A stretch of DNA of 64,000 bases from the IMG/VR virus record IMGVR_UViG_3300023296_000994; one strand, given 5' to 3'. Each line of letters opens with the position of its first letter. The stretch's first letter is position 1. Below the pieces are notes generated by a model. That model did not search any database and was not told the DNA's origin. It was given only the letters and a program-made list of their open reading frames with translations. This stretch comes from a virus. Below, in pieces: positions 40,407 through 50,953 of this stretch. The translations under genes were made by a program, and so were the position numbers.

Positions 40407-41536
40407 GTACTTAATTTTTTGTGTAAATTTTCAATCATTTTACCTTCGTTTAAAGATAAGTCATTTGCACGAGATATACAACTTAATTCCGATTTTTTTC
40501 TAAAATCATCATCATCTAAAACGGCGTCCAATAAACTAAACAGCTGTGTTTTCTTACTGAAAAACTGGCCGTCTGGGTCTATTTCATGATAACAATCCGA
40601 TTCTTGCCAAATCATAGGTGTGCCGTTCATCATACAATCAGTACCACTTACGGACCAGCCATAATTTGTCTGTCTCATTTGTATTCCAACCTTACACGTC
40701 TGTAATCTAGTGTAATATTCATGCTTTGGTACTTTTGTATTGTCTACCCATCCATGCGGAGGTGTACCATTCAATTGTGGAACCCACACTGTAAAGTCTT
40801 GTCGATGTGTTCTATATTCTTCCATTAGTTCCATGAACTTAGGATATCCTTTATATGCAGCGGCCCTATGATTGAATACAATTATATTTTCCGGATTGTT
40901 GCTAGCTGAAGTTACAATTTTTTCTTTGGGTAATCCTAAGTTCCAAACTGTAAGAATTCTATCCAATTTATCAATAAAGTCATCGTTGAATGTTTCCCTA
41001 GCTTCCGATAATACTCTGTTCTTTTGGTCTTGGGTATTTAAGTAGCACGTATCCATTTGAGACATACCAAGTAATTCAATTGGTAGCCACATCCACTTTG
41101 CTTTGCCAGCTCTACGGTCAATACCATTACAAGATTTCATTTCCCACCAATGGCAGTAACCAATTATCTTTGTGTCAATTGATTTTTTGTACCTACCTAC
41201 TTGCGGCCAATCTGGCAGATGAGAATAAATTACATCGTAGTCAACATCCCTTAATATAGCCATCAACTTATCAGACGGAAACGCGCGCTGGTTCATCATG
41301 TCACCAGGAATATCAATTTGATGTTGCTTTACATTTGGTAAATTTAACTTTTTACTAACGTTTCCCGTTGGCATTATTATATGCCAAAAGTATTCACCAT
41401 ACTGATTTAATCCTTTGATGTGGTTATGTATTACATCTACAAACGAATCCTTTTCTATATTGGATGAATTTGTAATATTAGGTATAACCAATACTTTGCG
41501 AGCTGATGCGTAATCTATACTATCCCAGAATTCCAT
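40397..41536 (-). CDS. GT-B glycosyltransferase-like protein (possible DNA glycosyltransferase)
   Basis: VFNHR...YKG, WSVSGTDCMMNGTP; lies within the replication genes rather than the glycan cluster. Confidence 0.6.
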   Translation of the reverse strand: MEFWDSIDYASARKVLVIPNITNSSNIEKDSFVDVIHNHIKGLNQYGEYFWHIIMPTGNVSKKLNLPNVKQHQIDIPGDMMNQRAFPSDKLMAILRDVDYDVIYSHLPDWPQVGRYKKSIDTKIIGYCHWWEMKSCNGIDRRAGKAKWMWLPIELLGMSQMDTCYLNTQDQKNRVLSEARETFNDDFIDKLDRILTVWNLGLPKEKIVTSASNNPENIIVFNHRAAAYKGYPKFMELMEEYRTHRQDFTVWVPQLNGTPPHGWVDNTKVPKHEYYTRLQTCKVGIQMRQTNYGWSVSGTDCMMNGTPMIWQESDCYHEIDPDGQFFSKKTQLFSLLDAVLDDDDFRKKSELSCISRANDLSLNEGKMIENLHKKLSTCK

Positions 41537-41566
41537 AAGTGTACAATATACACATTTTAATTGACA

Positions 41567-42358
41567 TTACCAAAAATTTAACGAACTTTTTTCATACGAT
41601 GTATAATGGTGGTGTATTTCATTCATAAACACATCACTATTTTTAGGATAATCCTTTTCAGGATGTTTAAGTAATTGCTTAAGATTCTTTTTGGACCGGG
41701 GATTACCTATTAACTGAATATATCTATGCTTGGACGCTTCTATACGTCTCCAAAATTCAGTTATATTTTGCTTACCAATTTCGCGTCTCAGATGGTCCAC
41801 GTTACTAGATCCCCACTTAGAAAATACAGTTCTACTGTGAATCCACTTATACGGATTTTTTTGTAGTGACAATTCATAATTGGGCATTAATGCCAAATCT
41901 GTATTGGTTCCCTGGTATATCCAATTTGTAGCCTGATATATCCTACCTAAATGAGCTTGGCTGGCATCCGCATAGGATATCAGCGCTTTAATATCAGGGT
42001 CATTTTCCTTAATCCACTTGAATGTTTTACCAAGTGCATATGATTCTATATTTGACCCGTATCCATCATGTATATACAGTCGGGTCAATTCCAACACAGA
42101 ATCTATCGCCAGTGTGTCTGAGACGCTCGCTGCCGCTGATCGACCAACAGGATTACCGTAGATAGCGCAGCCAATTAATACATCGTCTCCGAACGTATCA
42201 GAGCTACTATCGACGTAATATATACCAATAGCGTACTTACATGAAGACCATGAATGTGTGTAATGATATTTTACAATCATTTTTTTGGCTACCACAGCAT
42301 TTATTTTTTTAATAAACACTTTTGATGTATCACAGTAATGTTTTCCTTCTTCTTTCAT
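41567..42358 (-). CDS. Mom-like GNAT DNA-modification protein 1
   Basis: KYHY, LELTRL, ISYAD..Q.HLG.IYQATNWIYQG, K.RY. Confidence 0.8.
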   Translation of the reverse strand: MKEEGKHYCDTSKVFIKKINAVVAKKMIVKYHYTHSWSSCKYAIGIYYVDSSSDTFGDDVLIGCAIYGNPVGRSAAASVSDTLAIDSVLELTRLYIHDGYGSNIESYALGKTFKWIKENDPDIKALISYADASQAHLGRIYQATNWIYQGTNTDLALMPNYELSLQKNPYKWIHSRTVFSKWGSSNVDHLRREIGKQNITEFWRRIEASKHRYIQLIGNPRSKKNLKQLLKHPEKDYPKNSDVFMNEIHHHYTSYEKSSLNFW

Positions 42359-42945
42359 GATATATCGTATGTAAATATGTGCTTTGGTTTTGTATCAATT
42401 AACACAACACCTTCATCTTTTTCTTTATATCTTCTATTGATTTCGACGCCATACGGTCTATCTAACATTGACAATGTACGAACATGAAATTTCTTTCCGT
42501 CTACCAGTAATGATTTGCCAGTAGAAGTCAATCCCAAATATTTGAAATTTGATGCTCTATAAATTACACCTGTGTGGCCTTGTTCGCCGTCTGCATATGA
42601 TATGACAAATTTCCAATTTGAATTTTTCTTTAACCACTTTAACGTCCGACTTACAAAAAATGATTCGGCGTTTTTAGGAGTGTCATCTATACAGCATAAC
42701 CTACGTAGTTCTAAAACTGCCATCGGATTATCTGGATAATATTTTGCTCCTGCTGCTGCACCAGCCGGCCTAGTGTAAACACAGACACCGACAATTTCGG
42801 GAATATTAAATTTTCCAGGGCGTAGTAAGCAGAACGTATGTTTGTGTTGAATATTAACGTAATCGGAATAATGCCAACACCTCATAAATGTACGAATCGA
42901 TTTATTAAACGAAGTGTGTTCTACCCAATATGATTGTAATGCCAT
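42355..42945 (-). CDS. Mom-like GNAT DNA-modification protein 2
   Basis: WHY, LELRRL, ISYADGEQGHTGVIYRASNF.Y.G. Confidence 0.8.
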   Translation of the reverse strand: MALQSYWVEHTSFNKSIRTFMRCWHYSDYVNIQHKHTFCLLRPGKFNIPEIVGVCVYTRPAGAAAGAKYYPDNPMAVLELRRLCCIDDTPKNAESFFVSRTLKWLKKNSNWKFVISYADGEQGHTGVIYRASNFKYLGLTSTGKSLLVDGKKFHVRTLSMLDRPYGVEINRRYKEKDEGVVLIDTKPKHIFTYDIS

Positions 42946-42946
42946 T

Positions 42947-43612
42947 TTAAAAAAACTTGTTTATATACGATTCACGTACAATATTATCTCCGGCATCATA
43001 TCTACTATTTTGCCCCTTTGGATACGGTAACACATCATATTTTTCCATTAATTCTTTTCTTAATTTCTTTTTTTGATGCTTATTTCCCGTCACCTGAAAG
43101 TATCTATGTTTGCCTTCTTGTTCTTTGAATGTAATTGTATATCCCATACCAATCAGCGCGGGTATAGATGATGTACCGTATCTGGCAAATATTGTCCTAC
43201 GGTGAGTTTCTTCACCATTGACATATATTATCTTTTCTTTTGATGACATACCGGTATACATCCAATTAGTTGCTTGGTATATATATCCGTGATGACCCCA
43301 ATTCTGATCAGCATACGATACAACATGCGGGTCTTTAATTAGATTCAGGCATCCGGCTAAAAAGAACGAGGTAATGTTTTTTTGATTTAATTCGTTTGTA
43401 ACCAGCCTACTTAATTCGTATGGTGAATCTTCTAAATCAAATCTAGCGATGGCTGGAGAGAAAACACAAACTCCTTCAATGTGATTATTTATAAAAAGAC
43501 CGAAAGATTTCGATATAGTTGGCATTCTTTTTAGATAATGTTTATCCAAAAGCCAATCAGTACATACCGATTGTTTTATGCTAACTATATTAACGTTCTT
43601 AGTATCTATCAT
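42947..43612 (-). CDS. Mom-like GNAT DNA-modification protein 3
   Basis: KHY, YELSRL, VSYADQNWGHHGYIYQATNWMYTG, KHRY, YPK. Confidence 0.8.
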   Translation of the reverse strand: MIDTKNVNIVSIKQSVCTDWLLDKHYLKRMPTISKSFGLFINNHIEGVCVFSPAIARFDLEDSPYELSRLVTNELNQKNITSFFLAGCLNLIKDPHVVSYADQNWGHHGYIYQATNWMYTGMSSKEKIIYVNGEETHRRTIFARYGTSSIPALIGMGYTITFKEQEGKHRYFQVTGNKHQKKKLRKELMEKYDVLPYPKGQNSRYDAGDNIVRESYINKFF

Positions 43613-43614
43613 TC

Positions 43615-45471
43615 TTAAATTATTTCACACGAACCACCTGCACAGGCTAGTTCACCTGTAAGATCAGTATTATCTTCCGATTCAATTATCTTACTTACAT
43701 CGATTTCATGTAGGTTTTTAGACAACGATTCATATTCTTCTTTGGTAATATCCTGGAAAGGGGCTTGGACATAAGTATGATTTGAATAGGGTAGTACAGA
43801 CAACCCGTTGTAATGATTTCTATTATTCCACATCCAATCACCAACTAAATCCCATTCATCATCCTTGACTGATATGGTAGCTGATATATTATGTGTGTTG
43901 TTTCCATTTCTATGACCGGGATATATCCATTCTGTAGATAGTTTCTTTATTCTATCCAATAAATCAAATGTAGATTCAGTACGAATTATGGCGCCGAATG
44001 GAGCCTTCTGTGGTACTTCAATCACCGCTGTATCATGTGGCCGGAAATATTCATCCTTTACTAATTCGGGATGATTTTTTAATAGATAGGAATAAATAGC
44101 TTCATTCTTACCCACTCTAAGTCTACGGAGATAATAGTCATTGTGCCATGCGTGAGCTCCAGATGATGTACCAAGAGTCAATGAAGTTGTACCTGCTGGC
44201 TTACCACATGTGGTTCTAGCAGCTTTATTAATACCAATTAATTTAGCTACCCTTTCGTTTTCATCATTTACAATTTTAGCTGCTTCGGTCATATCATATC
44301 CCAAAACAATACCACTTGCAATACCTGTCATACTAACTCCAATAAGTGCATCTTTTTCAGTAGTACGTTGCCATACAGGTCTAAGATAATGAAAATCAGT
44401 ATAGGCCGCCTGTAGTGTTGCTATGAAGGATGCTGCTCTAACCCTATTATTATAATCTTCCTGTGATTCTATGTTAGAAGCATTTACCTCAACTAGATTA
44501 CAAAACTGATATGGTCTAAGTGCAATTTCACAGCAGGGATTAGTGCCCCAATCTTTATCATTTGATAGGTAGATTCCTGGTTCACCTGCGCCGGATAATT
44601 CAATACGTTTCCATAAATCAAAAAAGAATTCTTTACTGATTCTATGTCGCATCAATACCGCTGAATTATTAGCTCTACCACGTTGCGGATTGTTTTCCCA
44701 CCATGTACCACTTTTTGCTGATATCATATCATCATCATCGGCAGAAAATAATGCAATAAGCGCTGCTCTACGGATACCGCCGGCCAATACAGCGTCAGCT
44801 ATATGACATACAATATCATAAACTTCAATTGGAGATAACTTATCACCGTTGTTTTTATTTGATAAGATACCTCCAATTTTTACTAAACACTCTTTTAATG
44901 GTTGGGGGCCCGGAGCCTTTCCACCTGATGTTATCAACAATGAGCCTTTTGGTCTAATGTCTGAAAAATCAAATTTAATCTGGCTACCACCAAATAAATA
45001 ACTTTTCATTAAAACCTTAACTGCATCAGCCCAACCCTGAATTGAGTCATCGATTAAAAATCGTCTGGTTCTATTTGTATTTGGTCGCCTAATTTCAGGA
45101 AGAGATGCAACATGATGCTTTTGTACTGAAAAGCCTACGCCTGACCCACCCAGAAGTAGAAACATAATTTCACTAAATGAACGCCAGTCATCTATGGGTA
45201 GATATGCACAGTTATATAATCGATTGGGACTTATTTCAATTGGCTTCCCAGCAAACTGCATGGACCGCATTGAGGGTAAAATCTTTTTATCATAAACATA
45301 TGTATATGCGTGCTCAATTTCATCTGTCAACTGTGGATATTTTTTTAAATGCATACCCTTATTTCGGTCAACAAGTTCGTACCAAGTTTCCCTTCTTTTC
45401 AATTCGGGGATGTATTTGGCGTACTTCATGTGCACCGTAATTTCGCTAAGTATTTTGTTGGATATATCCAT
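43615..45471 (-). CDS. nrdJ: Class II (B12-dependent) ribonucleotide reductase
   Basis: PSMR, YNC, GGIRRAA, GTNPCCEI, FCNL, KPAGT, C-terminal CAGGSC. Confidence 0.9.
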   Translation of the reverse strand: MDISNKILSEITVHMKYAKYIPELKRRETWYELVDRNKGMHLKKYPQLTDEIEHAYTYVYDKKILPSMRSMQFAGKPIEISPNRLYNCAYLPIDDWRSFSEIMFLLLGGSGVGFSVQKHHVASLPEIRRPNTNRTRRFLIDDSIQGWADAVKVLMKSYLFGGSQIKFDFSDIRPKGSLLITSGGKAPGPQPLKECLVKIGGILSNKNNGDKLSPIEVYDIVCHIADAVLAGGIRRAALIALFSADDDDMISAKSGTWWENNPQRGRANNSAVLMRHRISKEFFFDLWKRIELSGAGEPGIYLSNDKDWGTNPCCEIALRPYQFCNLVEVNASNIESQEDYNNRVRAASFIATLQAAYTDFHYLRPVWQRTTEKDALIGVSMTGIASGIVLGYDMTEAAKIVNDENERVAKLIGINKAARTTCGKPAGTTSLTLGTSSGAHAWHNDYYLRRLRVGKNEAIYSYLLKNHPELVKDEYFRPHDTAVIEVPQKAPFGAIIRTESTFDLLDRIKKLSTEWIYPGHRNGNNTHNISATISVKDDEWDLVGDWMWNNRNHYNGLSVLPYSNHTYVQAPFQDITKEEYESLSKNLHEIDVSKIIESEDNTDLTGELACAGGSCEII

Positions 45472-45519
45472 TTAATTTTCCTGTATTTTTTGTTATTAGG
45501 TTTATATAAATATCAGCCA

Positions 45520-46875
45520 TTAGGCTCCGCCAGTCAATTCTTTGAACTTATTTTTCAAATAAGCTCTGGAATGATCGTCGCCATTGGCCATCGATGTTGC
45601 CATCTTAGTACCCTGGCTAGAGTTTCCGTCGAACACGTCAATTTTTCCATTAGATGCATTCATTTGGGTTGGCAATGTAATACCATCAGGTCCGAATCTG
45701 TTTTTGATAATGTGAATTCTACCAGTACCAGCTATCTTATCATCCAACTTTCTACTTAGCGACATTACAACATCAGCGGTCATAATCTTACTGTAGTCTT
45801 CTGATATCTTGTCGGCACCGATCACATCATCTTCAAGTGACGATCTGTTAGCTTGCGAGGCGGTCCACAGTGGAACTTCATATTCACCGGCCAACCCTCT
45901 TAGATGTTCGTATATACTACCGATTTCATGTCGAACTTCTTTACTTGTCAATGTACTTCGAAGCAAGTCTGCATAATCCACTATAATTAAATCAGGCTTC
46001 ACATCTTGAATCATACACTTTTCGATGTGACTTGATATAGTATTCGTTGTAGCTGATTTGGTATTGTAGTGTTTGATAATTAAATTACCGTCGAGTGTAG
46101 ATAATCTACGTTTAACATCATCTAAATTATACTTTAAGTTTTGGTTTGGTATTCCTGTTAGGATTGAATCATAACGTAACCCAACATATGCTGCATTTAA
46201 TTCAAGAGTATAATGTAAAACAGTATAGCCGGCCTTAATCGCATTTGCGCCGATGTTGGCCAATAACCAAGATTTACCAATACCAGCGGGGGCCACTACC
46301 ACACCTAATTCACCCTTACCTAAGCCACCATCAATCAGGTCATCGATTACATCCCATCCCGTTTCCTTACATGCTCGTACTGATTCTTCATATCGTTCAT
46401 CAATATTAACCATATAGTCATGGCCTATGTCACGGTCACTTCCAGCTTTCATAGCTGCATCAATCATTTCTTTAATAGAATCGTACTTACCATTCTTAAG
46501 TAAAGATACGGATTCCATAATAGCAGCTTTAAGCTTTTGATTCTTACAAAATTCTATACTTTTTTCCTTGACAAATTCTAAGTCAGCTGATTCTGTGTAT
46601 TTCCATACATCTTTTAAATGGTCAATGACCACTTCCTTTAATACTTTATCTTCTATTTCCGCTATGGCAACTTTCATTACTTCCAACGTAACATTTGATT
46701 TATACTTTATAAAATATGCACGAATTGCATCAATTATAAATTGATTGGCATCGCTTTCAAAGTATTCTGTTTCTAATATATCAATTATTTGATTTAAAAA
46801 AACCCTATCTTTGAATAGGGCTGAAAGTAGTTTTATTTGGAATACATATCCAAATTCACTTAATTTGTCGGTCAT
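45520..46875 (-). CDS. dnaB: Replicative DNA helicase (DnaB/gp41-like)
   Basis: APAGIGKS, TLE, VDYAD, TASQANR, KNRFG. Confidence 0.92.
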   Translation of the reverse strand: MTDKLSEFGYVFQIKLLSALFKDRVFLNQIIDILETEYFESDANQFIIDAIRAYFIKYKSNVTLEVMKVAIAEIEDKVLKEVVIDHLKDVWKYTESADLEFVKEKSIEFCKNQKLKAAIMESVSLLKNGKYDSIKEMIDAAMKAGSDRDIGHDYMVNIDERYEESVRACKETGWDVIDDLIDGGLGKGELGVVVAPAGIGKSWLLANIGANAIKAGYTVLHYTLELNAAYVGLRYDSILTGIPNQNLKYNLDDVKRRLSTLDGNLIIKHYNTKSATTNTISSHIEKCMIQDVKPDLIIVDYADLLRSTLTSKEVRHEIGSIYEHLRGLAGEYEVPLWTASQANRSSLEDDVIGADKISEDYSKIMTADVVMSLSRKLDDKIAGTGRIHIIKNRFGPDGITLPTQMNASNGKIDVFDGNSSQGTKMATSMANGDDHSRAYLKNKFKELTGGA

Positions 46876-46879
46876 GGTA

Positions 46880-47932
46880 TTATGAATGTGTTTTTGATGC
46901 CATGGCATCTAAGGTGAAAAATACTTCACGTAACCACAAGTCTGGGTTTTTAATTGATCCGTTCATCATATCCTCAAGTATCATTTTGTTAATCATCATC
47001 TTGTTTAACCTGGGAATTGGATTAATAACTTGGTTTGATATTGAAGTTTTTGCATGCCCTGAAATATCTACTTCTTTAAGCTGCATTAATATATAGTTAC
47101 GTTCTACTATGTCGAATGAATTGCGGACAGCAGCAAGTAACTTAAGCGTAGATTCACTGTCAGTTACAAATTTCTTAATGTCATCCATTTCAACCTTATC
47201 GGATTCGAATAACATTGGTATTATTTTTTGTAGTGTCTTCGGCCCAGCGCCTTTAATACCACCAATACCATCTGATGTATCACCTATGAAAGTTCTATAT
47301 TCAAGGAAGTTATGAGCTTCAACTCCAAATTCTTCTTTAATAGTAGAATCAAAGTAATATTTTTTCTTTGTCGGACTCCAAACAGCTACTCTCTTATCTA
47401 CCAATTGAAGAAAATCCTTGTCCGTAGACATTATGAAACATTGTGCTTCGGTGTATATCTGCTGAGAAATATATGCAATAGAATCATCGGCTTCAATGTT
47501 ATCTATACATAAAACCGTCAATGGCATTTTCTCCAGATATTCCAACAAACGAACCATTTGCTGTTGCATAGAGATTTCTTCGTCTGCAACTGACAATGAT
47601 ACTTGGCGAAACGGAGTTACTTTGTTTTTTCTATTTTCTTTATATCCGCTATATAACTTTTTTCGTCTAACAGAGCCGCCCGCGCCATCGAAACAAATAA
47701 TTACTCTGGTGGGTTTGATATTCTTTATGGCGTATCCAATTGACAATAAGAACCCAGCCATACCACCAATATGAACACCATTTTCATTTGTTGCTGGATT
47801 TGCTGCGAATGCACGAATAAAAGTATTGAGGCCGTCCACTAACAAGACCCTAGAATTAGGGTCATTGTTAAGTGTGGATTGGCCTTCTTTTATACCGTCT
47901 AGTATTTTAAAATATCTAGATGACTTACTCAT
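46880..47932 (-). CDS. 5'-3' exonuclease / RNase H (FEN family)
   Basis: VDGLN, FDG, YKENR, EADD, STDKDFLQL, GDTSD..GIKGAG. Confidence 0.92.
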   Translation of the reverse strand: MSKSSRYFKILDGIKEGQSTLNNDPNSRVLLVDGLNTFIRAFAANPATNENGVHIGGMAGFLLSIGYAIKNIKPTRVIICFDGAGGSVRRKKLYSGYKENRKNKVTPFRQVSLSVADEEISMQQQMVRLLEYLEKMPLTVLCIDNIEADDSIAYISQQIYTEAQCFIMSTDKDFLQLVDKRVAVWSPTKKKYYFDSTIKEEFGVEAHNFLEYRTFIGDTSDGIGGIKGAGPKTLQKIIPMLFESDKVEMDDIKKFVTDSESTLKLLAAVRNSFDIVERNYILMQLKEVDISGHAKTSISNQVINPIPRLNKMMINKMILEDMMNGSIKNPDLWLREVFFTLDAMASKTHS

Positions 47933-49047
47933 TGTTCGGGAATATCTGAATCAAGTGTTATTTCATCGGGCGCAATATCAGCTGTCTTATATGACATAAT
48001 CACAGCATCTGCGATACGGTCATAGATATCAGCTTTATTAGCCGGGTCTGATAACACTTTGGCCAAGAAATCCTTAGCTTGAAATTTGATTTCTTCTCCA
48101 GATTCTTGACTAACGTATGTATACCAAGCCCCGCCTTGTTTGACAATATCATAATCAACCATTACCGATAGCCATCCGGCTTCATCGCTAATACCCGAAT
48201 CAAAATATATTTCAAATTCAGCGGTTCTTAATGGCGGTCCCATTCGATTCTTGACCACCGTAGCTTTCGTTTTAATCCCAATTACATGATCTTTACCACC
48301 TATTTTTATTGACAATTTTCCAATTGACTTTAATCGTAAGCGACATGATGAATGGAATTGTAGAGCCTTGCCACCTGATGTAGTTAGTTTGTCACCAAAC
48401 ATCACACCAAGTTTTTCACGTAATTGATTTGTAAAAACCAAACATACGCGCTGGCGGCCGATAAGTTGAGTAATCTTCCGCATAGCCTTTGAAATAACAA
48501 TTGCTTTTCCGGTTGACCACCCATCTTTATTATAATCGGCGTCTTGTTCTAATTTAGTTGTGGCCGCTGCCACCGAATCAACTACTATAGTTACAAGTTT
48601 ATCTTTATCAGATTCTCTAACTTTCAAAATAATATTTTCAATTATTTCGAATATATCTTCTATAGTTTCGGTTTGAATATATAGTAGCTTTTCTAAATCA
48701 ATTCCAATTGCTGTAAGGAATTCTTCATGTATTGCGTTTTCGGTATCAATGAAAACAGCAATACCATCCTTTTTCTGTGTATTAGCCAAAACATGTGCAG
48801 CTACTAGAGATTTTCCAGATGCTTCCATGCCTGTTATTTCGGTAATCCTGCCAACGGGAATACCACCGTGCTTTCGATTTGATATAGCAAAATCGAGCAT
48901 CGATGATCCGGTTGAAATCCATTCCGTTAAATCGGTAGGGGTTTCTTCCGAACCATCCAAAAAATAAGCGGTCTTATGGTCCTTAAATTTTTTGTTTATG
49001 CTGTCAGCTATAACTTTACTTAAGTTATCCTTGTTCATCGGAGTCAT
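47929..49047 (-). CDS. recA: RecA/UvsX recombinase
   Basis: GMEASGKS, IDTE, VVDSVAA, NQLR, TSGGKAL.F, KNR..PP. Confidence 0.93.
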   Translation of the reverse strand: MTPMNKDNLSKVIADSINKKFKDHKTAYFLDGSEETPTDLTEWISTGSSMLDFAISNRKHGGIPVGRITEITGMEASGKSLVAAHVLANTQKKDGIAVFIDTENAIHEEFLTAIGIDLEKLLYIQTETIEDIFEIIENIILKVRESDKDKLVTIVVDSVAAATTKLEQDADYNKDGWSTGKAIVISKAMRKITQLIGRQRVCLVFTNQLREKLGVMFGDKLTTSGGKALQFHSSCRLRLKSIGKLSIKIGGKDHVIGIKTKATVVKNRMGPPLRTAEFEIYFDSGISDEAGWLSVMVDYDIVKQGGAWYTYVSQESGEEIKFQAKDFLAKVLSDPANKADIYDRIADAVIMSYKTADIAPDEITLDSDIPEQ

Positions 49048-49213
49048 TCCAATTTGTAAGTATATGTCTAATATTAGTTAGGATATATTCTGTAATCTTC
49101 TGAATATTTCCGTTGAATACACCAAGCTTTACCAACTCAGCAGCAAGGCTGCTGAGTGGTTTTTCGATTTTAGCGTGTATTTCCTGTTTACCATCTGTAT
49201 CAATTATTGGCAT
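49025..49213 (-). CDS. Small hypothetical protein (MPIIDTDG...)
   Basis: Fills the gap between SSB and RecA. Confidence 0.55.
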   Translation of the reverse strand: MPIIDTDGKQEIHAKIEKPLSSLAAELVKLGVFNGNIQKITEYILTNIRHILTNWNDSDEQG

Positions 49214-49220
49214 AGTATGA

Positions 49221-50000
49221 TTACTTTTCGTCCGAATTAAATAATTTGTCAAACGCATCACCTGCGTTATCAGTGGAATTCGCGCTTGTAGTAGAAAGGC
49301 TGTTAGCGGTTGTATCCGTATCAGTACCAGATTCTACTTCGTCGCCAGCTTCACCAGCGAACTTTTCCAGCGCTCCCTTCAAGTCATCGTAACTTACTTT
49401 TTCAAACACATCATAAAAATCAGTTTGGTCATTGATGATTTTCTTTGCGATATCCTTGTCTTCCGTTGCAGGAAGAGCATTCGGCTTAATAAGAAGTGTG
49501 GTACTTGGGAAGTTGTTAGCATCCCCAGCTGTATACTTCACTACGATATCGCGGCCTGATTTCAAGTCTGTGATATCACCATAGTCCGGGTCAGCCATGT
49601 ATGTAAGAAGTTCTTCGTACACTTTTTTACCGAATCCCCATAGTTTAACACCTTCACTTTCCTTTCCACGGACAATGACAGGTGCATACACACGCATCTT
49701 AGGATCCAATTTCCGTCCTTCTTTCCAATCATCTTTGTTGCCGGTGGACTTTAGTGCTTCGGCAAATTCAACAATAGGATCAGGTTCTCCGTATGTGGAA
49801 GGTGAAAGATAAGTTTTTCCTGCAAATCCATAATGGAAATAAGCTTCAATGAATGGGAAATCCTTATTGAATTGATATGGTACAATTCTAATTCGGTTAT
49901 CACCACCGGCATCTGGCTTCCAGGTATAATTTGATTTCTTGGTTGTTGTTTTCTGTAGGTTTGATAACCTGTTTTTGATTTGATCTAAATTTAAAGACAT
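49221..50000 (-). CDS. ssDNA-binding protein (gp32-like)
   Basis: WKP..G...IRIVP, VKLWGFGK, DITD..SGRD, acidic tail ending FDKLFNSDEK. Confidence 0.85.
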   Translation of the reverse strand: MSLNLDQIKNRLSNLQKTTTKKSNYTWKPDAGGDNRIRIVPYQFNKDFPFIEAYFHYGFAGKTYLSPSTYGEPDPIVEFAEALKSTGNKDDWKEGRKLDPKMRVYAPVIVRGKESEGVKLWGFGKKVYEELLTYMADPDYGDITDLKSGRDIVVKYTAGDANNFPSTTLLIKPNALPATEDKDIAKKIINDQTDFYDVFEKVSYDDLKGALEKFAGEAGDEVESGTDTDTTANSLSTTSANSTDNAGDAFDKLFNSDEK

Positions 50001-50203
50001 AATGTTCTCTGTTTGGTTTTTGTTTGTTTAATTTGTTCCCAACGTCATTGTACTAATATAGTACTTTCTTTTTGATTTACCAAATTTTTATCTGAATTCT
50101 TTTGAAATTCTTTATTATCTGGTAGTTCCTCCTTCTTTATTATATTGTAAATATACACATAAACATTCGAAAATACAAGCGGCCAATGTTAACAAATAGT
50201 TAA

Positions 50204-50548
50204 CTATACCTTCCATAGTATTTGAATACCCAATATAGTAACAGCTAATAGAACTGAAACCAGTGTTTTAAAGTTTATAGATTCGCCCATGAAATAGTAA
50301 GTTAAAAAAGCGAATATAATTATACCAATACCGAACCCTATGAATCTGCCAGGCCATATGACGCCATCGAAATAAGCGTAGGTATGTTTGGTACCCATTA
50401 TCATAATGTATGTGACAAGTACCGAACCTAAACTAACAAGTAGAGGATTCTTTTCAATTACTGGATAAATAAATTGACCATTAATTTGAAACCACAATAT
50501 AGACTGACTTATAAAGAATAGAATAATTGCGTATACTAAGTGAATCAT
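50204..50548 (-). CDS. Small four-TM membrane protein
   Basis: Four hydrophobic segments. Confidence 0.7.
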   Translation of the reverse strand: MIHLVYAIILFFISQSILWFQINGQFIYPVIEKNPLLVSLGSVLVTYIMIMGTKHTYAYFDGVIWPGRFIGFGIGIIIFAFLTYYFMGESINFKTLVSVLLAVTILGIQILWKV

Positions 50549-50940
50549 TGAGTTATATCTATTACGTCATATAGTTCAGTACAAATATCAATCAATTCAA
50601 AGTTTCTAACTATCAATAACATATTTCTAAAGTCCGGCCAATAGATAGAATATTGTTTATCCAGTATTCCATTATTTAGTTCCATTATCAATTTATTTAG
50701 TGCATTTATAGTGTATAGCGTACTTGTTTCTTTTTTTCTATGAACCGATATTGTATCGGGGAGCATAGTGTACTTTGATTTATACGATACATTATACGTA
50801 CACATCAATTCATCGTAATTATCGGCATTTTCCAATACAAATATTTTACTAAATGGTATATCGTGTGATTCTATAATAGAACTTATGTTATGGTCCAGTG
50901 TGGATGGACTAGAAAAGGTACATAGTAGTTGTGTTTTCAC
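50545..50940 (-). CDS. Conserved hypothetical phage protein
   Basis: TQLLCTF...TYN...HRKKET.TLYTINALN. Confidence 0.7.
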   Translation of the reverse strand: MKTQLLCTFSSPSTLDHNISSIIESHDIPFSKIFVLENADNYDELMCTYNVSYKSKYTMLPDTISVHRKKETSTLYTINALNKLIMELNNGILDKQYSIYWPDFRNMLLIVRNFELIDICTELYDVIDITQ

Positions 50941-50953
50941 GCATATTCTCCAA

